Of a stretch of DNA of 64,000 nucleotides, positions 47,403 through 56,554 are shown piece after piece. This DNA comes from Alphaproteobacteria bacterium (GTDB lineage Bacteria > Pseudomonadota > Alphaproteobacteria > UBA7985 > JAUIBT01): the NCBI GenBank assembly GCA_030428255.1, contig JAUIBT010000018.1, positions 18,378-82,377 of the forward strand, read 5' to 3'. Position 1 is the first letter of the stretch. Every line of letters starts with the position of its first letter. Position numbers and translations under genes: made by a program. The notes under the pieces are model-generated. The model made no database searches, had not been told where the DNA came from, and saw only the letters and a program-made list of their open reading frames with translations.

Positions 47403-49828
47403 CCCATGGCCTCGCCAATCAGGTCTTCGGCCAGTTCATCCAACATCATCTCCTCAGCCGAACCATAGACCTGCTCGCGGCCCAGTTCGAGCATGATGGG
47501 CACGGCAAGCGGGGAAACACGGTCCAAGCGTCGGTAGTCGATCTTGCCCGCAAAGCGGGTCAACATGGCCGACAAGCGGCGGATGTCGCACAGGCCACGC
47601 GCCGCCTCTGCACGGGTGGCGCGCAGCAGGACGTGATCGGGCTCATGGTCGCGCAGCACGTCATAAATTATGTCGGTGTTAAAGGTGACTTGGCGGCGCC
47701 CTTTGCGCTGGCCTGGGTATTGCCGCTCAATCAGGCCGCCAATGATGGCGCAGTTCTTGAAGGTGCGCTTCATTAAAGAGGTTTCTTGCATCCAGGCCTC
47801 TAGGTCATCGCCCAGCATGTCTTGATCAAACAGGCGCTCAACTTCGGGGTGCTGGTGCAGCGCCCAGGTCGCAATGGCGTAGTCTGTGCCGACAAAACCC
47901 AGCGCGCCGCAGCCTTCGCGATCTAAGCGCCGGGTTAGCAGCATGCCCAAGGTCTGGTGGGCGTTGCGACCCTCGAAGGTGTAGGCCACCAGGTACTCTT
48001 TGCCCGCGCGGGGAAAGGATTCGATCAACAGACGGTCCGCCGACGGCATGCCCGAGCGTGCCTGTTGGATCGTCAGCCACTCGCGCACCTCGTCAGGAAA
48101 GCTGCGCCATTGCGCGGGATGGCTCATCATGGTGCGCACGCGTTCGGCCAGTTGCGTGCTGATCGGCAGGCGCGCACCGCCGTAGACCGCCACCTTCGCC
48201 GAGCGGTCGGCTGCTGCGGCCCGCACCTTGACATCCGTCTGCTGGATTTCGATGAACTCCAGCACCTGTCCGCCGAACATGAAGGTGTCGCCCGCGGCCA
48301 ACTGCATGGCGAAGCTCTCTTCCAGCTCGCCGATGGTCTTGAAACCCTTCTTGACCTTCAACATAGGCGCTTCAACGATAACGCCAACATTGCTGCGATA
48401 GGCGCGCAAGTGGGCAGGGCTGGCGATGGTGTAGCGCCCGTCCGGCAGAGCCTTGAGCCGACGATAGCGCTCGTAGGCGCGCAGGGCGTAGCCACCGTGG
48501 GCGATAAAAGCCAAGGTATCGTCGAAATCCTTGCGGCTGAGGCTCTGAAACGGCGCTGCGTCCTGCACCTCGCGATAGAGATGGTCGGGGTGAAAGGCGC
48601 CCTGACAGGCCACAGCCCAGATGTGCTGCGCCAGCACGTCCAGCGTGCCGGGGTAGGGTGCTTCGCCGTCCAACTCGCCGGCGAGTATCGCGTCCTTAGC
48701 CGCCTGACACTCGATCAGCTCAAAGCGGTTGGCCGGAATAAGCACGGCGTGAGAGGCTTCGTCCAGGCGGTGGTTGGCCCGACCTATGCGCTGCACCAGC
48801 CGCGAGGCTCCTTTGGGTGCGCCCACCTGGATCACCAGGTCGATATCGCCCCAGTCGATACCCAGGTCCAGCGAGGAGGTGGCGACGACCGCGCGCAATT
48901 GGCCCGAAGCCATGGCCGCCTCAACCCGCAAGCGCTGCTCAAAGTCCAACGATCCGTGGTGCAGCGCAATGGGCAGGTTGGCGTCGTTCATTCGCCACAG
49001 CTCGTTGAAGATCAGCTCGGCCTGGGCGCGCGTGTTGACGAACACCAGCGCCAAGCGGGCCTTGAGGATATGCTCGTATACCTGAGCACTGGCGTAGAGG
49101 CCCATGCGCCCCGCCCAGGGCATGCCCTCCGGCGGGCAGACGATATCAATGCGCGGGGGCGTGCCGAGCGGGCCTTGGATGGTGATCAGCTCAGGATCAT
49201 CAATCTCGCCTTTGGGCGACAGCCAACCGCGGGCCCAGTCGGGGTCTGCCAGCGTTGCCGAGAGGCCCACGCGGCGATGGGCAGGCGCCAGGCTGTTGAG
49301 ACGGGTCAGCCCCAAAGACAGCAGATCGCCGCGCTTGGCCGTGTTGAGCACGTGCAACTCGTCAATGATGACACACTGAAGGCTTGCGAACATGGCGGGC
49401 GCGGTCGGGTAGGACAGCAGCAGGGCAAAGCTCTCTGGCGTGGTGAGCAGCAGGTTGGGCGGGGTCTTGCGCTGGCGCTCGCGTTCGCTCTGGCTGGTGT
49501 CACCGCTGCGCACGCCGACGCTGAGCCCCAGCCCCATGTCTGCGACGGGTGCGGCAAGATTGCGTTGGATGTCAGCGGCCAGGGCCTTGAGAGGCGAGAT
49601 GTAGAGCGTGTGCAGCCCTTCACGCGGCTGGCGCTGCAGGTCGATCAGGCTGGGCAGGAAGCCAGCCAGGGTCTTGCCCGCGCCCGTGGGCGCCATCAGC
49701 AAAGCGTGCTTGCTGTGCTGTCCAGCCTCGATCAGCGCAGCTTGGTGGGCGCGCAGCTGCCAGCCTCGTTTGGCGAACCAGCCTTGGAACACCTCTGGCA
49801 AGTGCGCGTCGCATGCCACCGTGTTCAC
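47399..49828 (-). CDS. lhr: Lhr-like DEXH-box helicase (ligase-associated DNA damage response type)
   Basis: APTGAGKTLAGFLP, YISPLKALA, TTPES, IIDELH, GLSAT, HHGSL, TSSLDLGID, QRIGRANH, GRNAHQTLG. Confidence 0.92.
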   Translation of the reverse strand: MNTVACDAHLPEVFQGWFAKRGWQLRAHQAALIEAGQHSKHALLMAPTGAGKTLAGFLPSLIDLQRQPREGLHTLYISPLKALAADIQRNLAAPVADMGLGLSVGVRSGDTSQSERERQRKTPPNLLLTTPESFALLLSYPTAPAMFASLQCVIIDELHVLNTAKRGDLLSLGLTRLNSLAPAHRRVGLSATLADPDWARGWLSPKGEIDDPELITIQGPLGTPPRIDIVCPPEGMPWAGRMGLYASAQVYEHILKARLALVFVNTRAQAELIFNELWRMNDANLPIALHHGSLDFEQRLRVEAAMASGQLRAVVATSSLDLGIDWGDIDLVIQVGAPKGASRLVQRIGRANHRLDEASHAVLIPANRFELIECQAAKDAILAGELDGEAPYPGTLDVLAQHIWAVACQGAFHPDHLYREVQDAAPFQSLSRKDFDDTLAFIAHGGYALRAYERYRRLKALPDGRYTIASPAHLRAYRSNVGVIVEAPMLKVKKGFKTIGELEESFAMQLAAGDTFMFGGQVLEFIEIQQTDVKVRAAAADRSAKVAVYGGARLPISTQLAERVRTMMSHPAQWRSFPDEVREWLTIQQARSGMPSADRLLIESFPRAGKEYLVAYTFEGRNAHQTLGMLLTRRLDREGCGALGFVGTDYAIATWALHQHPEVERLFDQDMLGDDLEAWMQETSLMKRTFKNCAIIGGLIERQYPGQRKGRRQVTFNTDIIYDVLRDHEPDHVLLRATRAEAARGLCDIRRLSAMLTRFAGKIDYRRLDRVSPLAVPIMLELGREQVYGSAEEMMLDELAEDLIGEAMG

Positions 49829-50289
49829 TGCTCGCCGGCAAGCGTGGCGGTGCGAACGGCGTCGCGATAGCGCTGAATCAGTCGGGCTTTGACGGCTGCT
49901 GAGGCCTCGGCTCCACTGCGATAGCGCTTTCCGCCAGGAAGCAGGGCTTGGGCTAGGCTCAGCGCCTCGCTCTTACTGAGCTTGGCGTCATCCAAAGCGG
50001 TGATCAGCGCTTGCAGGCCGCTTGCGAGCGCGGCGTCGCGGGCCTGGTTCAAGCGCTCGTGATCTTTCACAAAGCCAGCAACCCTCGGGCTGGGGACCGG
50101 ATCGCCGATCGGACTTGCGCCAGTGGACTTTGCCGCCGTGTGCGCTTTGGGCTTGGTGGTCTGTCCAGGCTTGGATGATAGGCTAGCTAGGTGGTCGGCC
50201 AACAGGGCGCGTTCCTCGGGACTCAGAGCTGGCGGCTCTGATGCCGTCACGAGGCGGTGCAAGAGGCGACGCAGCGCGGGGCTAGCCAT
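49825..50289 (-). CDS. hypothetical protein coupled between the ParA-like gene and lhr
   Basis: ATG overlaps the parA-like stop by 8 nt; stop overlaps the lhr GTG (GTGA); helical N- and C-terminal blocks joined by a Pro/Ser/Lys linker. Confidence 0.75.
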   Translation of the reverse strand: MASPALRRLLHRLVTASEPPALSPEERALLADHLASLSSKPGQTTKPKAHTAAKSTGASPIGDPVPSPRVAGFVKDHERLNQARDAALASGLQALITALDDAKLSKSEALSLAQALLPGGKRYRSGAEASAAVKARLIQRYRDAVRTATLAGEQ

Positions 50290-51460
50290 GGTCCGCCGGT
50301 GCCGTGGAGCGCGCGGCATAGAATTGGTCCAGCTGCTCGACGATCGCGTCGCCAAGGCGGTCCATCAGCTCGCGGGTGGACTTGTCCTTGAGGTAGGCGA
50401 AATCGGAGCCCGAGGCCGCTGCAACGGCTGATTTTTGGGGAATTTCCGCACCTTCGAACAGATGCACGGGCCCACGCCACTGGGGCGGCAGATCCATGGC
50501 CATATCCGCCCAGATGCCGCGCTCGTTGGCGGTCAGGGAGACCGAGTTGTCTACCATGGTGCCGATCACGCCCAAAATCTCCAGCTTGGGAAATAGCAGA
50601 GGCCGCATTTCGCGCAGTTGGCGAATGAAGGTGGTCACGGCTTGGCTGGACATGCGATCCAGCTTGGTGGGGATCAAGACGTGGGTCGAGCAAGTCAGGG
50701 CGTTGATAACGCCGGTGGTCAAACGCGGCGGGCAATCTAAGATGATTAAATCATATGAGGCCTGCACGACGGGATGCAGCAGATAGCGTGCCATGACAAA
50801 GCGCGCATCCATAGAGGTATCGCCCAGCAGCCAAGACAGCATGACCTGACTTTCGACCGTCGCGAAGTCATAGAAGGAGGGCAAGATTGCTGAGTGGGGC
50901 AGGGCCGGTGCCAAGGACTGAGCTGCATAGGGCAGCCACTGGGGCTCCTTGTCACCCTTAATCAAATGGTGGGTCAGGGTCTCTTCAGCGATGAAGTTGC
51001 CGCTGGCATTCAACGCCAAGGCCGACAGCGAGCCCTGATAGTCCAAATCCACCAGCAAGACGCGCTTGTTCCATTTGGCGTCCAGATAGGCCGCCAAGTT
51101 GGCGCAGAGCGTGGTCTTGCCAACGCCGCCTTTCAGGTTGGCCATGGTGATGATTGGGATAGAATCAGCGAGCTTGGGCGCGATGTTGGGCGCCTCAGTG
51201 CTTTCATAGCGCAGCCAGATCTCTTTATCCTGGCTGCTCATAGCACTGCGTAAGCGACCCAGCCGCGCCATCAGGTCGTCTTTTTCGGCCATGTGGCGTT
51301 GCTCGGACTGCTCGGCCTGATTGATGCGTGCTTGGGCCTTACGCCGCCGCGCCGGGGCCAGCAAAATCGCATCCCACAGCGCACCGATCACCGCACCGAT
51401 GGCCAAAACCACCAACAGCAGCAGAAAAACGCCGATTGGATTGGACAGGAAAAAGCCCAT
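50282..51460 (-). CDS. ParA/MinD-family ATPase with N-terminal transmembrane helix and coiled coil
   Basis: Hydrophobic residues ~9-34; ANLKGGVGKTT (deviant Walker A), LLVDLDYQGSLS, DLIILDCPP, LIPTKLD. Confidence 0.88.
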   Translation of the reverse strand: MGFFLSNPIGVFLLLLVVLAIGAVIGALWDAILLAPARRRKAQARINQAEQSEQRHMAEKDDLMARLGRLRSAMSSQDKEIWLRYESTEAPNIAPKLADSIPIITMANLKGGVGKTTLCANLAAYLDAKWNKRVLLVDLDYQGSLSALALNASGNFIAEETLTHHLIKGDKEPQWLPYAAQSLAPALPHSAILPSFYDFATVESQVMLSWLLGDTSMDARFVMARYLLHPVVQASYDLIILDCPPRLTTGVINALTCSTHVLIPTKLDRMSSQAVTTFIRQLREMRPLLFPKLEILGVIGTMVDNSVSLTANERGIWADMAMDLPPQWRGPVHLFEGAEIPQKSAVAAASGSDFAYLKDKSTRELMDRLGDAIVEQLDQFYAARSTAPADHG

Positions 51461-51553
51461 AGTGCGCTAACCGAAGCCCCCCTTAAAGCCTTTTGTGCGC
51501 GAGCCTGGTCGGTTGTCCGTCGCCGTCCCCACCAAGCCCCGCTCAATTTCAGC

Positions 51554-51901
51554 TTATTCGGACGCCGCCGGGCGCTTATAAGCAATGGCTTTGTCTTCGA
51601 GCATGCCAAAGAATTCGCCGCTTTCAAACATCTCTTTGACGATATCAAAGCCGCCGATGAATTCGCCCTTGACGTAAAGCTGGGGAATGGTCGGCCAGTT
51701 AGAATAGTCCTTGATGCCCTGACGCAGCTCGTCGCTCTCCAGCACGTTGACATCCTGAGCTTCGATTTGCAGGAACTGCAAAAGCTGGGCGACGCCAGAA
51801 GAAAAGCCGCACTGCGGGAAATTCATGGTTCCCTTCATAAAGAGCACCACGTCATTGCTCTGAACGATGGAATCAATTTGAGCCTTGGTTTGCTCTGTCA
51901 C
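51554..51901 (-). CDS. grxD: monothiol glutaredoxin (Grx4)
   Basis: VLFMKGT..FPQCGFS, WPTIPQLYVKGEFIGG. Confidence 0.95.
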   Translation of the reverse strand: MTEQTKAQIDSIVQSNDVVLFMKGTMNFPQCGFSSGVAQLLQFLQIEAQDVNVLESDELRQGIKDYSNWPTIPQLYVKGEFIGGFDIVKEMFESGEFFGMLEDKAIAYKRPAASE

Positions 51902-52030
51902 GTCTGGTCACTCCATTGGTTGGCCGCGCAAGGGCCTCTATGTCCTTAGACCAAGGCATGTAGGCGTTTTGGCAGCAAAGCTCAAGTCTTGGCGCAGCAC
52001 CTGGGAGTAAGCCGTTCGGCAGACTTTCGC

Positions 52031-52591
52031 TTAGTCGGAGGAGGCTGGTTCGCCAGACGACTCAGACTCGATCTTGGGTGCGGGTTTAGGGTCGCGGCAA
52101 CGCGGGCTGATTTCGGCCACCGGATGGCACAGGATATCCCCGATTTGGATGCCGCGCGCTTCGGCCTGCCCGGCATTGATCTCCAGAACGTATTTGGCGG
52201 GCAAGATCGAGGGTATGGGGGTTTCGCTTAAGGTCGGTGTATTGGCAGCAATGTTTACGATCTCACCCTTGGCGTCGATATAGATTATATCGAGCGGAAT
52301 GTAGGTGTTTTTCATCCAGAAGTGGCGCGGCGCCTCATTGGGGAAGTAGAAAATCATGCCTGCATCGTTGGGCATGGTCCGGCGGAACATCAGCCCGCGT
52401 TGGCGGCGTGGACCGGTGTTGGCGACCTCCACAGTAAACCAATGACTTTCAGCCGCGGTTTTGACAAAGACGACATCGCGGTCAAATGTGACCTCGGGTA
52501 GATTCGGTTGCTCGTCGTTGGATTGGGCGAGGGCTGCCAGAGCCAGAAGGCCTGAAATCAAGGTGATGGCAAAAAGATAGGCGATACGCAT
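52031..52591 (-). CDS. DUF192 family protein
   Basis: Signal peptide; VEVA...R.RGLMFR, GMIF, FWMKNT.IPLDII, YVLEINAG. Confidence 0.9.
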   Translation of the reverse strand: MRIAYLFAITLISGLLALAALAQSNDEQPNLPEVTFDRDVVFVKTAAESHWFTVEVANTGPRRQRGLMFRRTMPNDAGMIFYFPNEAPRHFWMKNTYIPLDIIYIDAKGEIVNIAANTPTLSETPIPSILPAKYVLEINAGQAEARGIQIGDILCHPVAEISPRCRDPKPAPKIESESSGEPASSD

Positions 52592-52698
52592 GGCAGGTGG
52601 GACGTCCCGATTAGTGGCAGTGCTCGCAACCTAGGCAGGTAAAGCGTCATAAAAATGATTGACACGAAGAACGCTTATAAAACATTGTCCAATTTTCG

Positions 52699-52808
52699 AC
52701 GCAGGGGAGCGGTTTTCGCCGCTGAGATGGGACGAATAGCAGAACGAAGGTGCTGCATGTCTCCCGACCCTTTGGACCTGATCCGGATCATGCCGGCGGA
52801 GGGAGCGT
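52699..52808 (+). promoter_or_regulatory. TPP (THI-box) riboswitch
   Basis: P1 ACGC/GCGT, AGGGG/CCCTT, CTGAGA, ACCTGATCCGGATCATGCCGGCGGAGGGA; lies directly upstream of a ThiY-type ABC operon. Confidence 0.95.
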
Positions 52809-52811
52809 AAG

Positions 52812-53657
52812 GTGAAGTTCGAGTCGCTTTTAAAAGCGCGCAAGTCAAAGGCTCAAAAGCCAGCCGCGCCGCCCAGCTTACCCGGGGCAGCGATAGCGCG
52901 CCTGCGTTCCAGTGGTTCTGGGCGCAGCTATCCCGCCAGTTTGTTTGCTGCTTTCGATTTGACCGTGCGTGCGGGCCAATGTTTGGTTCTGCTGGGGCCT
53001 TCAGGTGTGGGCAAATCGAGCTTGCTCAAGCTGCTGACTGGTGAGCTGGCTTCAGAATCAAGCCTAAGCTTGACGTGGAGCCAAGGCCGGCCCAAAGCCC
53101 TGGCCTACATGGCACAAAGCGATGTCCTGCTGCCCTGGCGCCACGTGCTGGGCAATGTCAGCTTGGGTGCTTTGGTGCGCGGCAAACGACAAGAACCCGA
53201 ACGGGCTGCGGCGTGCTTGGAGCAAGTCGGCTTGGAACCGCGCTGGCATCGTGCCTACCCAAACCAACTGTCAGGCGGTATGCGGCAACGCGTGGCCCTG
53301 GCACGTTGTATGTACGAACAGGCCGATTTGATCTTGATGGATGAACCGCTGTCAGCCGTGGATGCAGCGCTGCGCCTTGAGTTGCAGGGCCTTCTTGCAA
53401 CCCGCCTGGCGCATAAAACCCGCGTACTGGTGACACATGATCCCTTTGAGGCCGCTCGCTTGGGGCATGTGATTGTGGTCTTGGGCGGATCGCCTGCTGG
53501 CGTGTGTCTACAAATCAACGATGAACGCCGTGGCGCACGGGCCTTCGATGATCCAATCGTGCGCAGCAACGCCGAGCGCCTTACGCGCTGTCTCCTCGAA
53601 CAACCGTGGGGCCGCCGCGCCGGCGCCCCTCACAGAGACCAGGAGGTGGCGCAATGA
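52812..53657 (+). CDS. ABC transporter ATP-binding protein (thiamine precursor uptake, ThiZ-like)
   Basis: GPSGVGKS, LSGGMRQRVALAR, ILMDEP, VTHD; downstream of the TPP riboswitch. Confidence 0.88.
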   Translation: MKFESLLKARKSKAQKPAAPPSLPGAAIARLRSSGSGRSYPASLFAAFDLTVRAGQCLVLLGPSGVGKSSLLKLLTGELASESSLSLTWSQGRPKALAYMAQSDVLLPWRHVLGNVSLGALVRGKRQEPERAAACLEQVGLEPRWHRAYPNQLSGGMRQRVALARCMYEQADLILMDEPLSAVDAALRLELQGLLATRLAHKTRVLVTHDPFEAARLGHVIVVLGGSPAGVCLQINDERRGARAFDDPIVRSNAERLTRCLLEQPWGRRAGAPHRDQEVAQ

Positions 53658-54385
53658 GGCCGCTCATCGTGTTTGCAGGGCTCTTGTTGGCTTGGGCGGT
53701 GTTCGTGCGCGTGGCGTCGGTGCCCGCATTCATGTTGCCAAGCCCCGAGCAGGCTTTGTTCGAGATGGTTTCGCGCCCGCTGTTTTATGCCCGCCACGCT
53801 GGCGTCACAGCGGCCGAGATTTTGGCCGGTGCTGGCCTTGGGTTGCTTGCTGGGCTGGTGTTCGGATTGCTGCTGGTGCGATTTCCAGCACTCGAGCCCT
53901 GGTTCTGGCCGCTGCTTGTGGCCTCACAAGCGATCCCGGTTTTCGCCATTGGGCCGCTGCTCACCTTGTGGATTGGCTACAATATGATGATGCGCGTGAC
54001 TATGGCGGCGTTGATCATCTTTTTCCCCGTCGCAGTGGCCGCCCGCCAGAGCCTCAAACGCCGCCATCCAGAGATCGAGGCGCTGATGTTGAGCATGGGT
54101 GCCAGGCCCTGGCGCGCCTTTGTTTTTGTGCGTCTGCCTTTGGCCTTTGAGGTCTTTGCACCAGGCCTGTTAGTGGCGGCCGCAACAGCGCCCATTGGCG
54201 CGGTTGTTGGCGAGTGGATCGGCTCTAGTGCGGGCCTGGGGCACGTCATGCTCGACGCCAACGCCAAGGTTCAAACCGACACCATGATCGCGGCGTTGTT
54301 TGTGCTCTGTCTGCTTGCCTATTCGTTTTACGCCCTGGTGGCCGCCTTCGTGCTCCGTCTGGGCTGGTGGTTCGCTGCGTCATGA
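53654..54385 (+). CDS. ABC transporter permease (ThiX-like, NitT/TauT class)
   Basis: LPSP, SQAIPVFAIGPLL..W.G, FFP, GAVVGEW; ATGA overlap. Confidence 0.88.
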   Translation: MRPLIVFAGLLLAWAVFVRVASVPAFMLPSPEQALFEMVSRPLFYARHAGVTAAEILAGAGLGLLAGLVFGLLLVRFPALEPWFWPLLVASQAIPVFAIGPLLTLWIGYNMMMRVTMAALIIFFPVAVAARQSLKRRHPEIEALMLSMGARPWRAFVFVRLPLAFEVFAPGLLVAAATAPIGAVVGEWIGSSAGLGHVMLDANAKVQTDTMIAALFVLCLLAYSFYALVAAFVLRLGWWFAAS

Positions 54386-54432
54386 CGCCTGCGCTCCCCA
54401 TGTTTCCATCGCATTATAACAAAGGACACTCT

Positions 54433-55365
54433 ATGCGATATTTGTCTCTTCTGGCTTTGGCAGCCGGTCTTATGGTCAGTCTGCCAGCAGCCTCGGCCGA
54501 GCGCTTTACGGTGCTGCTAGACTGGTTCATCAACCCTGATCATGGCGCCTTGGTCGTCGCCAAGCAGCGGGGCTACTTCGATGAAGTCGGCCTTGATGTG
54601 GCTCTGGTCGAGCCAGCCGATCCCAACGCGCCGCCAAAGCTGCTGGCGGCCGGGCAGGGCGATGTTGCCATCTCCTACCAACCGCAACTCTACCTGCTGC
54701 GCGAAGCGGATCTTCCCGTGCGGGCCGTTGGTGTGTTGGTTGGCCAGCCGCTGAACTCCTTGGTGACACTGGAGAGCGGCCCCATTCAGTCCATCGCAGA
54801 CTTGAAGGGCAAGAAAGTGGGCTACTCGGTTGGCGGATTTGAGACCGCTGTGCTGGGCCAAATGCTGGAGGGCGTCGGTCTGACGATGGATGATGTTGAG
54901 CTGATCAATATCAATTTTGCGCTGACACCGGCCTTGTTGAGCAAGCAGGTCTCAGCCGTGATCGGCGCTTTCCGAAATTTCGAACTCAACCAACTGAGCT
55001 TGAACGACGCGCGCGGACGGGCCTTCTTGCCCGAAGATCACGGTGTTCCGGCCTACGACGAGCTGATCGTTCTGGCCCAAGAAGAGCGGGTGAATGACCC
55101 TAAGGTGCAGGCCTTCCTCATGGCTGTTGAGCGCGCGGCGCGCGACATCGCGGACGATCCCGATGGGACTTGGGAAGACTTTATCCAAGAGAAGGATGGA
55201 CTTGACGATGCGCTGAATGCTTTGGCATGGCGCGATACGGCGCCCTTGTTGGCCAGCAGCATCGCTTTGGACAAAGCCCGCTATCAGGCCTTCGCCGACT
55301 TCATGGTCCAGCGTGGTTTGATCGAAAAGGCCAAGCCGGTTTCAGCCTACATCGCGGCGGACTGA
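54433..55365 (+). CDS. thiY: NMT1/THI5-like substrate-binding protein (ThiY; hydroxymethylpyrimidine/aminopyrimidine)
   Basis: LDWFINPDH, ISYQPQL, KKVGYS, NINFAL, GAFRNFE, YDEL. Confidence 0.88.
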   Translation: MRYLSLLALAAGLMVSLPAASAERFTVLLDWFINPDHGALVVAKQRGYFDEVGLDVALVEPADPNAPPKLLAAGQGDVAISYQPQLYLLREADLPVRAVGVLVGQPLNSLVTLESGPIQSIADLKGKKVGYSVGGFETAVLGQMLEGVGLTMDDVELININFALTPALLSKQVSAVIGAFRNFELNQLSLNDARGRAFLPEDHGVPAYDELIVLAQEERVNDPKVQAFLMAVERAARDIADDPDGTWEDFIQEKDGLDDALNALAWRDTAPLLASSIALDKARYQAFADFMVQRGLIEKAKPVSAYIAAD

Positions 55366-55426
55366 AGCCAGGCGGCATCATGTGCCAACGTTTGAGTCTA
55401 AGGATCCGCCGTTGGCGGGCCTCACG

Positions 55427-55457
55427 CGGCTTGGGGGGCACGGCTTGGGGGGCACGG
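55427..55457. repeat. 14-bp direct tandem duplication between convergent genes
   Basis: CGGCTTGGGGGGCA x2 plus CGG. Confidence 0.8.
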
Positions 55458-55468
55458 ATGGCGCTGCG

Positions 55469-56380
55469 CTAACGCGTGGGGCGTTTGAAGTAAAGGGTGA
55501 CTTGCGGCAAGTCGGCCGCCAATCGCCTTAGCCCTTGCCAGTGATCGTTGGTCATGGCTGAGGAAATGGCCGATAGGGTGAGCGGAATGAGCGTGCCGGG
55601 TGCAGGTCTGTGCCCGGCATTTTCTATGATCGCCAAGGCTGAGTTACGCCGCGCCAACTGGAAAGTGCGCAACCCGTGGTCGATCGGAACAATCTTGTCC
55701 TTGCGGCCATGAACGATCACCACCGGCAGGTGCAGCCGCGATAGCTTGGCGAGATTATCGAAATCATCTTGGATAAAGGGCCGCGCCCAGGCGGGAGCCG
55801 CTTGTTCAACCCGCGTAAATGGCGAGACCAGGACCATGGCCTTGATGGTGGTGTTCAGGCCAACTCGGGGCGGCAAAGCAGCCTCTTGAAAGGCCATGTC
55901 GATCGCCATTGCGGTGCCCAATGAGTGAGCGAACAGGACAATGCCCGCAGGGTGATTGCGGGCTGACAATTGCCGCGACGCGTCTAAAATTCCCCGGGCA
56001 TCCAGCAAAAGGTTTTTGGCGGTGGGTACGCCAGGGTTGGGGCCGTAGCCACGATAGTCCGGGATAAAGACCGGATATCCAGCCTCTATCAGATCGCGCA
56101 GATATAGAGCGGCTACGCCCATATGCCCAGTGCTGCCGTGCAAATGGGTAATCAGCGGAAAATCGGGGCGCGCGCCTGGCCAGTACCACCCCAGCAACGA
56201 CAAGCCGTCGGGAGTCCGATAGCGCACAGAGTAAGCCGGTACATTGCTCCACTCAGACGCCAAAATCGGGGCGTTTTCAGGCGTGAAGATGAATTGACGA
56301 GCGGTTTTTCCGCAGCCGACCAAAACAAGTGATAGGCTCAGAACCGCGAGCAGCGCGGCAACGCGAGACAGAAATGACAT
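55469..56380 (-). CDS. alpha/beta hydrolase, probable lipoprotein
   Basis: Lipobox LVGC, HLHG, DYRGYG, AHSLG nucleophile, VHGRKD, AGH. Confidence 0.82.
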   Translation of the reverse strand: MSFLSRVAALLAVLSLSLVLVGCGKTARQFIFTPENAPILASEWSNVPAYSVRYRTPDGLSLLGWYWPGARPDFPLITHLHGSTGHMGVAALYLRDLIEAGYPVFIPDYRGYGPNPGVPTAKNLLLDARGILDASRQLSARNHPAGIVLFAHSLGTAMAIDMAFQEAALPPRVGLNTTIKAMVLVSPFTRVEQAAPAWARPFIQDDFDNLAKLSRLHLPVVIVHGRKDKIVPIDHGLRTFQLARRNSALAIIENAGHRPAPGTLIPLTLSAISSAMTNDHWQGLRRLAADLPQVTLYFKRPTR

Positions 56381-56554
56381 AAAGCAAAATAGATAAATCA
56401 ACTTAAAGTAGAAGTATCAGGTTGTTGACCGCTTGTCACGCCCAAAACACATCACCGGCAAATCCTTGTTCGTGCAATCTCTGGGCCTGCGCCTTGAAAT
56501 CCACCAAGTCATGGCTAACATGCTAGGTCTTCCTACTCTTGCTGGATTAAAAGC

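Noticed and set aside
47957-49870. 637-aa plus-strand ORF
   Set aside because: Antisense shadow of the lhr helicase with no recognisable motifs; long antisense frames are expected at this GC and codon bias.
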